A stretch of 58,984 nucleotides of DNA, the filler included. It is 4 parts of 4 records of this genome, joined end to end, with 100 filler letters (N's around TTAATTAATTAA, not from the genome) between each part and the next. Parts side by side here need not be neighbours in the genome. Positions count along the whole stretch, not along the records: positions 11,399 to 40,488 come from DRR378314_2458; 3 more parts are not named here. One strand, given 5' to 3'. The notes beneath the pieces were generated by a model. It saw nothing but the letters and a program-made list of their open reading frames with translations. It had not been told where the DNA came from and ran no database searches. Position numbers and translations under genes: made by a program. Of this stretch, positions 26,149-35,857 are shown in pieces (positions within the stretch are counted from its first letter, which is position 1; every line of letters starts with the position of its first letter).

Positions 26149-26957
26149 TGCGCCAACCTCTTCCTCCCGTTGTTTTAGTGCTAGCTGGCCATGACCCCAC
26201 CGGGGGGGCTGGGTTAGTGGCTGATAGCGAAGCGATAGCTGCCTGTGGTGGCTGGGCAGTCACCATTCCAACTGCTTTGACCGTTCAAAATTGCCATAAT
26301 GTGATACGCACCCTGCCTGCAGATCCTGCTGCAATGCGGCAAATGGCGGAAGCGTTAGGTGATATGCAAATTGCGGCTATTAAGTTGGGGCTGTTGGCGG
26401 ATGAGGCGACGCTGCGTGCAGCGGAACAAATTATCCGCCGTTTTCCAGGAATCCCTGTCGTCGCAGACCCAGTATTAAAAGCAGGTGGCGGCGCTAAGTT
26501 ATCCACACCCGCCTTGCAGCAGCTTTATATAGATCGTTTGCTACCGCTTGTGGATATCGTAACGCCCAACCGGTTTGAGCTTGCTGCACTGACGCCTGAG
26601 ATAACCGACCCTTTGGATGACACGGCGCGCGCTGTTGCGTTGCTGGCGCAGGGTTGCCAAGGCGTCCTTGTGACTGCCACCGACAATCCACTCCCGGGTA
26701 ATACGCAACAGGTTGTGCATACGCTGCACTCTCCTGACACCACGCGCCAATGGCAGTGGCCACGTTTGCCTGAAGTATTTCACGGATCAGGCTGTACATT
26801 AGCCTCAGCGCTTGCGGCTCGTTTAGCCGTTGGTGAGCGCTTACCAACTGCCTGTGAGCAAGCTCAGCACTTTACCTGGGAGAGTTTGTCTCATGGCTAT
26901 CAGCCCCCTAGCGGACAGTGTTTACCGAAACGCTTGCCACGCCCCGTACGCTTTTGA
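26148..26957 (+). CDS. thiD: Hydroxymethylpyrimidine/phosphomethylpyrimidine kinase family protein
   Basis: AGHDPTGGAGL, ALTVQN, VADPVL, TPN, FHGSGCTLASA; TGATG overlap with hemJ. Confidence 0.8.
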   Translation: MRQPLPPVVLVLAGHDPTGGAGLVADSEAIAACGGWAVTIPTALTVQNCHNVIRTLPADPAAMRQMAEALGDMQIAAIKLGLLADEATLRAAEQIIRRFPGIPVVADPVLKAGGGAKLSTPALQQLYIDRLLPLVDIVTPNRFELAALTPEITDPLDDTARAVALLAQGCQGVLVTATDNPLPGNTQQVVHTLHSPDTTRQWQWPRLPEVFHGSGCTLASALAARLAVGERLPTACEQAQHFTWESLSHGYQPPSGQCLPKRLPRPVRF

Positions 26958-26993
26958 TCTCATTGGCAGTAAGCCATTAATGTTGAGGATGCC

Positions 26994-28274
26994 ATGACCA
27001 CATCTGCAGAACTATTTGACCTCGCCAGTCGTCACATTCCGGGTGGTGTTAACTCCCCTGTTCGTGCTTTTAAAGGCCTCCATCGCCCGCCTGTTTTTAT
27101 GGAACGTGCTCAGGGTGCCTACTTATTCGATGTGGAAGGTAACCGCTACGTAGACTATATCGGCTCATGGGGACCGATGATCACTGGGCATGCCGATCAG
27201 GATGTACTGGCCGCCGTGCGAGCACGGTTAGATAACGGCCTCTCCTTTGGTACGCCGACCGCTGTCGAAACCACCATGGCTGATCTGATCTGTGAAATGA
27301 TTCCTTCCATGGAAATGGTGCGTATGACTAGCTCGGGCACCGAAGCGACGATGTCGGCCATTCGTCTTGCGCGCGGAACAACGGGGCGCGACAAAATCGT
27401 CAAGTTTGAAGGTAACTATCACGGCCATTCTGATTCATTGCTCGTCAAAGCGGGCTCCGGTGCGTTAACCCACGGGGAACCTAGCTCGCCAGGTGTACCC
27501 GCATCACTGGCTGAACATACCATCACGCTTTCGTATAACGATCCTGAAGGGGTGGAGGCGTGCTTTGCAGAGATCGGAGAGCAAATTGCCTGCATTATCG
27601 TGGAGCCGGTCGCGGGTAATATGAACTGCATTCCTCCCCAGCCGGGTTTCTTAGAAACGTTGCGCCGGGTGTGCAATGAATCCGGCAGTATTTTGATTTT
27701 TGATGAAGTCATGACCGGTTTTCGCGTCGCTTTAGGGGGCGCTCAGGCACATTACGCTGTTACGCCTGATCTTACCTGCTTAGGTAAAATTGTTGGTGGC
27801 GGCATGCCCGTTGGGGCGTTTGGCGGTAAACAAGAAATTATGCAGAATATCTCGCCCCTGGGGCCGGTTTACCAAGCGGGTACGCTGTCCGGTAACCCGC
27901 TGGCCATGGCTGCAGGGGTCGCTCTGCTAACCAAACTAAAGGTGCCTGGTTTCCATGATGCGCTGACTCAACGGGTGCAAACGTTGTGTACTGGCTTGCA
28001 AGAGCGTGCCAACGCTGCCCGCATACCGATGATGACCCAATCCGCAGGTGGCATGTTTGGCGTTTTCTTTACGTCGCAATCCCGTGTGGATAACTTCGCC
28101 CAAGCCACTGCTTGCAACCCCGATGCTTTCCGCCGCTTCTTTGGTGCCATGCTGGATCACGGTGTGTATCTCGCACCTTCTGCCTATGAAGCAGGCTTTA
28201 TGTCGAGTGCCCACACGCCGGAAGATATTCAGCTAACGTTGGATGCTGCAGAAAAAGCCTTTGCGGTTATGTAA
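26994..28274 (+). CDS. hemL: Glutamate-1-semialdehyde 2,1-aminomutase
   Basis: [54 protein letters not shown]. Confidence 0.97.
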   Translation: MTTSAELFDLASRHIPGGVNSPVRAFKGLHRPPVFMERAQGAYLFDVEGNRYVDYIGSWGPMITGHADQDVLAAVRARLDNGLSFGTPTAVETTMADLICEMIPSMEMVRMTSSGTEATMSAIRLARGTTGRDKIVKFEGNYHGHSDSLLVKAGSGALTHGEPSSPGVPASLAEHTITLSYNDPEGVEACFAEIGEQIACIIVEPVAGNMNCIPPQPGFLETLRRVCNESGSILIFDEVMTGFRVALGGAQAHYAVTPDLTCLGKIVGGGMPVGAFGGKQEIMQNISPLGPVYQAGTLSGNPLAMAAGVALLTKLKVPGFHDALTQRVQTLCTGLQERANAARIPMMTQSAGGMFGVFFTSQSRVDNFAQATACNPDAFRRFFGAMLDHGVYLAPSAYEAGFMSSAHTPEDIQLTLDAAEKAFAVM

Positions 28275-28302
28275 CATCAAGTAAAGCGCCTGCTACACTT
28301 CA

Positions 28303-28327
28303 AGAGCCGCTCCTATCGAGCGGCTCT
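28303..28327 (+). terminator. Stem-loop after hemL
   Basis: AGAGCCGCTC-CTATC-GAGCGGCTCT; weak T tail. Confidence 0.55.
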
Positions 28328-28347
28328 GTGGTTAGTGAGGTAAACAC

Positions 28348-28728
28348 ATGATGAAACGACAACTGGCTTGGCACTCTTCACGTTTTAACAACCTATTGTT
28401 AACTGCTGTTCTCACCCTTGGCCTACCGTTAACGGGGATGGCCGCACAGGAGCAGGATATGACTCAGATTCATATCACTATGGGCGGTACACCAGGCGCG
28501 GAATTCTCAGCCCAGTGGCGCATTACTCATAACGATGAAACCATTGAACACCCCGAAACACGCGGCACAGTGCCCGCTGAATTTACCTTTGAAGGCACCA
28601 CGCTTGAAGGTACGGTAAAACTGCTCAGCGAAGATGATCGTTTAGAAGTCGATATTCTTAAAGGCAGCAACCGCTCGCGTTCTGCTACCCAAGGAAAAGG
28701 CGGCACGTTAACGGTAATGGTACGTTAA
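28348..28728 (+). CDS. Small exported beta-rich hypothetical protein convergent on csgA
   Basis: RBS GAGG, signal-peptide-like N-terminus, alternating beta pattern. Confidence 0.75.
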   Translation: MMKRQLAWHSSRFNNLLLTAVLTLGLPLTGMAAQEQDMTQIHITMGGTPGAEFSAQWRITHNDETIEHPETRGTVPAEFTFEGTTLEGTVKLLSEDDRLEVDILKGSNRSRSATQGKGGTLTVMVR

Positions 28729-28732
28729 ACAT

Positions 28733-28760
28733 AAAAAAACCGCCCCGAAGGGGGCGGTTT
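28733..28760 (-). terminator. Intrinsic terminator of csgBA (probably bidirectional)
   Basis: AAACCGCCCC-GAAG-GGGGCGGTTT with A7 on the left. Confidence 0.85.
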
Positions 28761-28802
28761 CCTGAGCTAAGTAAGTACTTACAGACGTACCTACAAAGAT
28801 GC

Positions 28803-29564
28803 TTACCACTGAGTAGAGATAGCAGAGTTGTTGTTACCTGCCTGGAAGTGAGTTGCTGAAGCTGCGCTACCACCAACGGTGTTCTGGCGAATGGTTGACA
28901 CGTTGCTGTTACCTGTCTGGAAGACATTCGCTACATGACCGTCGCCACCTTGGAAAATATAGGAGGCGCTCAGATCTGCTTCAACCTGAAGGACATTGGC
29001 TTCATTGTCGTTGCCATCTTGATGGATAAAGCTCCAGGTTTCGTCAGTATTTAATGCTTGATAAACGTCAGCATCGTTTCCGTTACCGAACTGCTCAACA
29101 ATTGAGTCGCTTTGCGCAGTGTTCAAGAATTGAGCAACATTAGAGCTGTTGTTGTCGCCTTGTTGACGTACATAGGAGTCGTTAAGGCTGCCACCATCTT
29201 GCACGACGACTGAATCATTATGATTGCCTATCTGATAAACAATCGACTCATGCTGATCGCCGCTTTGATAAACATAAGAGTTGTTGTTATTACCTTCCTG
29301 GCCAACACGTGAGTATTGCTCATCATCATACTGATCAGTTTCAGCCATGTTATTGTTACCAGTCTGGAAAATAAGCGAAGTCCGCATTGCATCACGATCA
29401 AAGCCGTTCATACCCTCACGGATATCTTGCTGGTTAATGAAAGCAGGGTTTGAGCCTGCGTTAGCAGCAGGGTTTGTTGTAGAGTCATCAAAGTCACGCG
29501 CTTGGCTAGAGAAACTAACAGCCATTGCAACAGCAGCAGCGATAACGGTCATTTGAGTTTTCAT
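28803..29564 (-). CDS. csgA: Major curlin-like amyloid subunit
   Basis: Signal peptide then about 8-9 SxxxQxGxxNxxxxxQ curlin repeats; next to csgB and csgG. Confidence 0.85.
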   Translation of the reverse strand: MKTQMTVIAAAVAMAVSFSSQARDFDDSTTNPAANAGSNPAFINQQDIREGMNGFDRDAMRTSLIFQTGNNNMAETDQYDDEQYSRVGQEGNNNNSYVYQSGDQHESIVYQIGNHNDSVVVQDGGSLNDSYVRQQGDNNSSNVAQFLNTAQSDSIVEQFGNGNDADVYQALNTDETWSFIHQDGNDNEANVLQVEADLSASYIFQGGDGHVANVFQTGNSNVSTIRQNTVGGSAASATHFQAGNNNSAISTQW

Positions 29565-29625
29565 GGTGTTTCCCCTTTTTTTCGATCGACTTGCTTTGGT
29601 TGTTTACTGAGAAGCCGCTGGCGAC

Positions 29626-30174
29626 TCAGTAGGTATCGATAGTGACTGGTCGTGCATTGCCCGAAAGGTTTTGTTGCTGGACACTCACACCACGTAAGCC
29701 ACTGCCCGATTGCGAAATTGAAACGTCACCCTTAAATCCATTTTGATAAATGTCAGCTTTAAATGAGGAGCTATTACCTTGCTGATTAATAGAGGCGGTG
29801 TTGTCATCGCCCACTTGCCAAATAATTCCGGTATTATTTCCGTTACTTTGCATTATGCTTGCTTGATTACCGTTGCCGATTTGATCGATATAGGCAAAGT
29901 TAGAAAGCTGATAACTCACAGAACGTGACTGTGCAACACTTGCTTTATTATTGTTACCTTGTTGACGAATGATGCTTAGATTGCTGTGTAGCGCGGCGTT
30001 ATCAATGGCCGCAAACTGAGTAACTCTTGCACTTCTGTTAAATAAGTCGCTTTCATTCTCATTGGCTTGTAACACAGAAGAAAAAGTTAGCAGTGCAATG
30101 GCTATCGTTATCGCAGCACGACAACGAATTCTGTTCGCTGTAGTTGTTCTGAGCCGATAGCTATAATGTTTCAT
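29626..30174 (-). CDS. csgB: Minor curlin/nucleator-like subunit
   Basis: Repeats IRQQGNNNKASVAQ, IDQIGNGNQASIMQ, IWQVGDDNTASINQ, IYQNGFKGDVSISQ. Confidence 0.8.
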   Translation of the reverse strand: MKHYSYRLRTTTANRIRCRAAITIAIALLTFSSVLQANENESDLFNRSARVTQFAAIDNAALHSNLSIIRQQGNNNKASVAQSRSVSYQLSNFAYIDQIGNGNQASIMQSNGNNTGIIWQVGDDNTASINQQGNSSSFKADIYQNGFKGDVSISQSGSGLRGVSVQQQNLSGNARPVTIDTY

Positions 30175-30367
30175 TTTTAAATCCTTTTGAAACTCAATGT
30201 GTCTTTTTGTTTCATGGATTGAGTTTGGACCATTCTGAAAATGACGCTATAGGAAGTTTTTTTAATGCTGTGGTTATATGTTTAACGTTTATAATATTTT
30301 GTGTTTACCACTTTCTTAATTACTGGTTTGTTAGTTCTCTAATTGCATTGTATTTGTTTTTTTAAAT

Positions 30368-30393
30368 AAAAAAGGCCACTCTGTCGAGTGGCC
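30368..30393 (-). terminator. Intrinsic terminator after csgG
   Basis: GGCCACTC-TGTC-GAGTGGCC with an A run on the left (T tail on minus strand). Confidence 0.75.
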
Positions 30394-30442
30394 ATTGTTT
30401 TTTATAGTTTTATTTGAGTAGTGTTCCCTTGATTAATTTTTA

Positions 30443-31273
30443 CTAAAGCATAGGTATCGATGCATTAAGATAGTCATCTAAAATGGTGTCTTGAATACTG
30501 GTTCCGGGAGCAAGATTCCATAATCGATTTTCGATGCCTCTCGCTACAAGGTGAATGACAGCAGATTCTATTGCTGACATTACCGCGAGCTGAACCGGTT
30601 CGTTTGTAGTTATACCGGCTTCGGCCTCTAATAAGCGTCTGAAATCAATAAAGCGATAAACCCCAGCTCGTAGCTCTTTTGAATAGATGGTCTTGGTGGT
30701 GGTCACGTTAGCTAATATTTCGCCTGTTGAGATTTCCACCGCACGTAAATTCACCGTCACCTGATCTACCTGGTACTGGCCTGACGCCCCAATGCCAAAA
30801 TATTCAGCACCGGCTCCCCCGGTCCGTACGTTCGATTCATAAGCAATAATGCCGCCCTCTAACATCACCGACGCTGCTCTTAACGATGGCAGCGTATCGG
30901 GCTGCCCAAAACGTTCGAATTCTGCGCGAATAATACGTCGTTCAGTTAACAAGTTTTGTAACCCAACACGTTCAAGCGGTATAAACCAGCCAGAGTCAGA
31001 CAGGGCTCCGGTAAGCATGGCTGCAGCCCCTTGGGTTACCGCAGTTGAAAACGTACTGGCGGGAGCTGGCCGGTATTGCCCTGTTTGGTCGCGAAAATCA
31101 TACACAGAGACAAATATCTTTCCTGACGGTGGCGGAAGCGATACAAGATCCTGATAGGTAGCTCCTCTGGGCGTGAGTGTTGCTTCAGCACCTTCTAAAT
31201 TTTCGGACGTTGCCACCATTCCTGCACAGCCACTCAGTAGGCTAGCGATGACAATTGAGGCGATAATTTTCAT
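30443..31273 (-). CDS. csgG: Curli secretion channel lipoprotein CsgG
   Basis: Lipobox LSGC; VSVYDFRDQTGQY, FSTAVTQGA, WFIPLERVGLQNLLTERRIIR. Confidence 0.95.
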   Translation of the reverse strand: MKIIASIVIASLLSGCAGMVATSENLEGAEATLTPRGATYQDLVSLPPPSGKIFVSVYDFRDQTGQYRPAPASTFSTAVTQGAAAMLTGALSDSGWFIPLERVGLQNLLTERRIIRAEFERFGQPDTLPSLRAASVMLEGGIIAYESNVRTGGAGAEYFGIGASGQYQVDQVTVNLRAVEISTGEILANVTTTKTIYSKELRAGVYRFIDFRRLLEAEAGITTNEPVQLAVMSAIESAVIHLVARGIENRLWNLAPGTSIQDTILDDYLNASIPML

Positions 31274-31337
31274 AATGATCCCCTGACAAAGCAGATAGCG
31301 TTAGTCGTTATTACTGGTTTTTTTAGCGGTTGTGTTG

Positions 31338-31754
31338 TTAAGGGTTAAATAAACCGCCAACGCTAATCTCTGTTACATCTCCAGTAACTTTATCCACCAC
31401 ACGCACAATTAGTTGTCCGCTATTGTCACTCACGACAACGCCGAACTCATCACTATCGAAGCTACCCTCACTGACTTCACCGCGACTAACATCGGAAATG
31501 AGCTGCGATATCAATCGACTTTCTAAACTTTGTAATAAGCGCTCCGTGGATGATAATGTTTGCCCCCTACGTGCATTTGGATCTGTATTGGTATCCTGTG
31601 ACTGGGCTTTACCTAACAGGTAACTACCTGTAAAAGGGTCGCCGCCAAAAGAAGGGTTAATAGGTTTATAAATTAAATCACCTGAATGCGCGTGAGCACC
31701 TATTCCCATTAACACTATGAACGTAGCGCAAGCTATTTTTCTGCAGTTTTTCAT
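31338..31754 (-). CDS. csgF: Curli assembly protein CsgF
   Basis: GDLIYKPINPSFGGDPFTGSYLLGKAQSQD. Confidence 0.92.
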   Translation of the reverse strand: MKNCRKIACATFIVLMGIGAHAHSGDLIYKPINPSFGGDPFTGSYLLGKAQSQDTNTDPNARRGQTLSSTERLLQSLESRLISQLISDVSRGEVSEGSFDSDEFGVVVSDNSGQLIVRVVDKVTGDVTEISVGGLFNP

Positions 31755-32269
31755 CAGAATAACTCCTCTTTTCCCAAGTCTTTATCTGAGGTAAGAGCAG
31801 ATGCCAGCTGTTGCTGGAGAAGTGCCTCCTCAACGATATTTACAGCTTCTCCTGCTACGCGGTCAGCTTCGCTAATCCTGGGAGAGAGCTGTGTTCTGAA
31901 GTACATCCGGTTACCTTCCACGATGGCAATTTGGCTGCCCCAGCGGGCATCGGGACGTTCTTGAATGGTAATCGTGGCATTACCGATAATGAGGTTATCC
32001 ATTGCCCGCTGGCTGAAAGCGCGATAGAAGGTCTTGCCTGCCATGGTGACGGTACGGTCGACCATGATACCGGTAAGTTCACTACCTCTACTTCGTTGTC
32101 CTTGAATTTCTGGGCCATCGGGACTTGATAGTTGGTTAATAGCGTTGACTTCTTCCTGCTCACTGGTGGCTAATGCCCGGGAAGAATTGGCTGGTTCATT
32201 GGCAAATGTATCAGTAGTTAATGCAATAAAACTGATAAAAATGACCAGTAAATAGCGACGTAAATTCAT
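31754..32269 (-). CDS. csgE: Curli assembly protein CsgE
   Basis: GIMVDRTVTMAGKTFYRAF, TIQERPDARWGSQI, DLGKEEL. Confidence 0.92.
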   Translation of the reverse strand: MNLRRYLLVIFISFIALTTDTFANEPANSSRALATSEQEEVNAINQLSSPDGPEIQGQRSRGSELTGIMVDRTVTMAGKTFYRAFSQRAMDNLIIGNATITIQERPDARWGSQIAIVEGNRMYFRTQLSPRISEADRVAGEAVNIVEEALLQQQLASALTSDKDLGKEELF

Positions 32270-32291
32270 GGCTATATACCCTTTTAAAAAC

Positions 32292-32984
32292 CTACCGATG
32301 GCGTTGTAAACTGCGTGCGGTTTCTATATTAGGAAGAATTGGCCCAAGATTCTGATGGATCCAGTTAAGTGCTTGAATACGATTGTGCACGTTTATTTTT
32401 CGAAAGATGTTATAAAGATGAGACTTAACAGTGTGTTCACTTACAAACAATTTATCGGCAATTTGTTGGTTGGAGGAACCTGCACTTAATAAAGAGATAA
32501 TTTCCATTTCACGGTTGGTTAATCCACAGGCTGGGCGGAACGCGTTGCTTTGATACTTGCGATAAAAAAGAATCAGTCGCGCCATTAACTCACGAGACAT
32601 CCACAGCTCATCATCAAGTAACGCGTGGATACCTTTGCAAAATACCTCTAAGCTCTCATTGCGATAAAATACCCCTTTCAGTTGAGCGCACGAGAGAGCT
32701 TCTAGGGCATGGTCCATATCGCGAATATTGAAAGCGGCTAGAGGGATTTTTGTTAACGCTTCTGGCAGTTTCTCTTGCCAGTCTGGCAATGTCTCTACAC
32801 TAATATGATCACTGTCAATTAGGATGAGCAGCTTTTCGACGGGTGAAGAGGGTATGGTGACGTCTGGCGAGTAAATGCTAATTGAGCAGTTGGTGTGATC
32901 GTGTAAATAGTCTGCAAATAGCTGTGATTGCGGACTTTTTTCGGTAATGAGATACACCAAACCTGTGGTCTTTTCCTGTGACAT
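32292..32984 (-). CDS. csgD: LuxR-type transcriptional regulator, CsgD-like
   Basis: Degenerate receiver domain (KGVFY..ELWMSR) plus LTNREMEIISLL..SNQQIADKLFVSEHTVKSHLYNIFRKI; first gene of csgDEFG. Confidence 0.85.
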   Translation of the reverse strand: MSQEKTTGLVYLITEKSPQSQLFADYLHDHTNCSISIYSPDVTIPSSPVEKLLILIDSDHISVETLPDWQEKLPEALTKIPLAAFNIRDMDHALEALSCAQLKGVFYRNESLEVFCKGIHALLDDELWMSRELMARLILFYRKYQSNAFRPACGLTNREMEIISLLSAGSSNQQIADKLFVSEHTVKSHLYNIFRKINVHNRIQALNWIHQNLGPILPNIETARSLQRHR

Positions 32985-33269
32985 TGGGAAGCCCTCGTGG
33001 AAAGAAAGAGTGAGCAGGTGCTCTCAGAAGTGTTGCCTATAAGATACATTTCGTAAAGTTTTGTTATTAGAAATCTGCTGAAATCAATTTGAATATACAT
33101 ATTATTTTTTAGAATAATGTGTGTAAATATATGTTTATATTATTATTTATTGACAATATAAGCAGTTTTTAAATTAGTTTTTAACATTTACATTAAGTAA
33201 CAGAAAGCCTGCTTTAGAAGAAATTTTGATATATGTAAACTCATTAACCTTCTTTTTGGAGATATCGTT
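32985..33269. promoter_or_regulatory. Very AT-rich divergent control region csgD/rdgB
   Basis: Strongly A/T-biased 285-bp intergenic region with several sigma70-like hexamers; exact sites not resolved. Confidence 0.5.
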
Positions 33270-33878
33270 ATGGCATCGCCCAATACCTTAGTTTTAGCCA
33301 GTGGAAATGTAGGAAAACTAAAAGAATTCAATCAATTACTAGCACCTCTTGGGTTAGATGTTCGTCCGCAATCCGAATTTGGAGTAGGCGATGTGGAAGA
33401 AACAGGGCTTACTTTTGTTGAAAACGCACTTCTGAAAGCTCGTGAGGCAAGTAGAATCAGTGGGTTACCTGCATTGGCAGACGACTCAGGCCTAGAGGTG
33501 GATGCGCTTCACGGTGCACCGGGTATCTATTCAGCGCGCTATGCCGGTGAGCCTAAAAGTGACGAGCGCAATAATGAGAAGTTATTAACGTCGCTCAGTC
33601 GCTATGCTGAAGGCCAGCGTAGTGGACGTTATTGGTGCGTATTGGTGTATTTGCGTCATGCAGAAGACCCTGTACCTGTGATTGTGCAACGCAGTTGGGA
33701 AGGTGAAATTCTGGCGCACCCGCGAGGTAATGGCGGTTTTGGTTATGACCCTCTGTTCTGGTTACCGGACCAAGGAATGAGTGTTGCCGAGTTATCCAGT
33801 GAAACCAAAAACCGACTGAGTCATCGTGGGCGAGCATTACAGGGCTTGGTTGAACTGTTGAAGGTGGCGCATGGCTGA
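33270..33878 (+). CDS. rdgB: dITP/XTP pyrophosphatase (HAM1 family)
   Basis: LASGNVGKLKE, ETGLTFVENALLKA, ADDSGL, GFGYDPLF, SHRG. Confidence 0.95.
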   Translation: MASPNTLVLASGNVGKLKEFNQLLAPLGLDVRPQSEFGVGDVEETGLTFVENALLKAREASRISGLPALADDSGLEVDALHGAPGIYSARYAGEPKSDERNNEKLLTSLSRYAEGQRSGRYWCVLVYLRHAEDPVPVIVQRSWEGEILAHPRGNGGFGYDPLFWLPDQGMSVAELSSETKNRLSHRGRALQGLVELLKVAHG

Positions 33879-35040
33879 GCTATTGCCTCCCTTATCCCTA
33901 TACATCCATACGCCATGGTGCGTACGTAAGTGCCCGTACTGTGACTTTAATTCCCATGAGCCCAGTACTGACGAGCTGCCCGAAGCCGCTTATCTAACCG
34001 CCCTGCTCAGTGATTTGGAGGGTGATTTATCGTTAGCGAATGAAAGAGAGATTCAAACTATCTTTATTGGTGGTGGCACGCCAAGCCTGTTATCACCTGC
34101 TTTTTACGATCGATTATTCAAAGAGATACGCCTTCGATTGCCGTTCTCTTCGACTATCGAAATTACCCTTGAAGCGAATCCTGGCACGACCGAACAGCAG
34201 CGTTTTATTGGTTATCGAGAAGCTGGGATCAATCGCTTGTCTTTGGGAGTTCAGAGCTTTCGCCCTGAACAGCTTAGCGCGTTGGGGCGTATTCATAGCG
34301 GCCAAGAAGCGGTCAATGCTGTTCGCCAGGCGCGTGAAGCTGGGTTTGATAACCTCAATATTGATTTAATGCATGGCTTACCCAAACAAACCCCAGCTCA
34401 AGCGATGGAGGATATTGATCAAGCATTGGCTCTAGAGCCTGAGCATCTCTCCTGGTATCAGTTAACGCTTGAACCGAATACGGCGTTTTTTTCTCATCCG
34501 CCTGTGTTACCAGAAGAAGAGGCTCTCTGGGACATTCAAGAAGCTGGCCATCAACGCCTTGAGCAAGCCGGTTTGCGGCGCTATGAAATTTCTGCCTACG
34601 CGCGAGCGGGACTACAAAGCCGCCACAACATCAATTATTGGCAGTTTGGCGATTATTTGGGTATTGGGGCAGGAGCGCATGGAAAGCTGACGACGGTCGA
34701 TAGTCAGGGGCAACGGCATATCGAAAGGCGCTGGAAAACACGTCAGCCAGAGGCGTATTTACGTCGTGCAAATGATCCGCGTGGCTTTGTGGCTGGTAAG
34801 CAGCTGATAGCAACGCAGGAGCTACCCCTTGAGTTTGCGATGAATGCGTTACGCTTAACCGATGGGGTCGCAATGGATGTCTGGACGGCTTACACAGGAC
34901 AGCCCTCAGCCGTGTTACTTTCACGGTTACAAAGCGCGTATGAAAAAGGACTTTTAATGGAAATGCCCGAAAAGCTGCGTGCATCGCCTCAAGGTCTATT
35001 ATTCTTGAATGAATTGCTGACATTAATAAGCGATGAGTGA
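33871..35040 (+). CDS. hemW: Radical SAM heme chaperone HemW (YggW)
   Basis: LYIHTPWCVRKCPYCDFNS, GGGTPS, EANPGT, HNINYW; follows rdgB. Confidence 0.92.
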   Translation: MAELLPPLSLYIHTPWCVRKCPYCDFNSHEPSTDELPEAAYLTALLSDLEGDLSLANEREIQTIFIGGGTPSLLSPAFYDRLFKEIRLRLPFSSTIEITLEANPGTTEQQRFIGYREAGINRLSLGVQSFRPEQLSALGRIHSGQEAVNAVRQAREAGFDNLNIDLMHGLPKQTPAQAMEDIDQALALEPEHLSWYQLTLEPNTAFFSHPPVLPEEEALWDIQEAGHQRLEQAGLRRYEISAYARAGLQSRHNINYWQFGDYLGIGAGAHGKLTTVDSQGQRHIERRWKTRQPEAYLRRANDPRGFVAGKQLIATQELPLEFAMNALRLTDGVAMDVWTAYTGQPSAVLLSRLQSAYEKGLLMEMPEKLRASPQGLLFLNELLTLISDE

Positions 35041-35088
35041 TCAGCGATATATAAAGCAATTACCCTGAAGATGATCAAGGAGTGAGTG

Positions 35089-35763
35089 ATGCGTATTTCT
35101 CGACTACTGACCCCGCTGGCGGCAGCCATTTTGTTAGCTGGTTGTGCTACCTCGGACCCTTATGGCGGTCAGACGCAGCGCTCTAGCACTGCGATGGGAT
35201 CTGGCATTGGCGCGGCTATTGGTGCTGCTGCCGGTGCGCTGTCTGGCGATGGCAGCACTAGCCGTCGTGATCGCGCATTGATTGGCGCGGCGGTAGGTGC
35301 TGCAGCGGGTGCCGGTATAGGCGTTTACATGGATCGTCAGGAGCAACAGCTGCGCCAAAATCTCCAGGGCTCGCGTATTGAGATTGATCGTCGCGGTGAC
35401 GATATTGTGCTTAATATGCCCAGCGGCGTTACGTTTGGTTTCGACTCTGCTGAGCTTACCAGCGAGGCGCGTAACTCTCTTAACCAGGTAGCGAATGTAC
35501 TGACCCAGTACCAGGATACCCGCGTCAACATTGCTGGCCATACTGATAGCACCGGAGATGCAAACTATAACCAGCGTCTGTCTGAGCGCCGTGCCCAGTC
35601 TGTGGGTAATTACCTTAGCCAAAATGGCGTATCCTCTGCTCGATTAAACACCATGGGATATGGGGCCAATCAGCCGGTTGCTAGCAATAATTCTGAACAA
35701 GGCCGTGCGCAAAACCGCCGTGTTGAAATCACCTTGACTCCCACGGGAAATGGCCAGGGTTAA
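35089..35763 (+). CDS. OmpA-family lipoprotein (YiaD-like, glycine zipper)
   Basis: Lipobox LAGC, Gly zipper, GHTDSTG..NQRLSERRA, QNRRVEI. Confidence 0.92.
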   Translation: MRISRLLTPLAAAILLAGCATSDPYGGQTQRSSTAMGSGIGAAIGAAAGALSGDGSTSRRDRALIGAAVGAAAGAGIGVYMDRQEQQLRQNLQGSRIEIDRRGDDIVLNMPSGVTFGFDSAELTSEARNSLNQVANVLTQYQDTRVNIAGHTDSTGDANYNQRLSERRAQSVGNYLSQNGVSSARLNTMGYGANQPVASNNSEQGRAQNRRVEITLTPTGNGQG

Positions 35764-35804
35764 CACTAACGATTGATTAGCTAACCTCGGCATTGCCGAT
35801 AAAC

Positions 35805-35834
35805 GCCCGCTATGCTCACATAGCGGGCTTTTTT
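35805..35834 (+). terminator. Intrinsic terminator
   Basis: GCCCGCTATG-CTCA-CATAGCGGGC-TTTTTT. Confidence 0.88.
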
Positions 35835-35857
35835 CGATTCTCTGTTAGCGAGCGACT

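Noticed and set aside
26148..28274. thiD adjacent to hemL without thiE
   Set aside because: Minor synteny difference from Pseudomonas; thiE may be elsewhere in the genome
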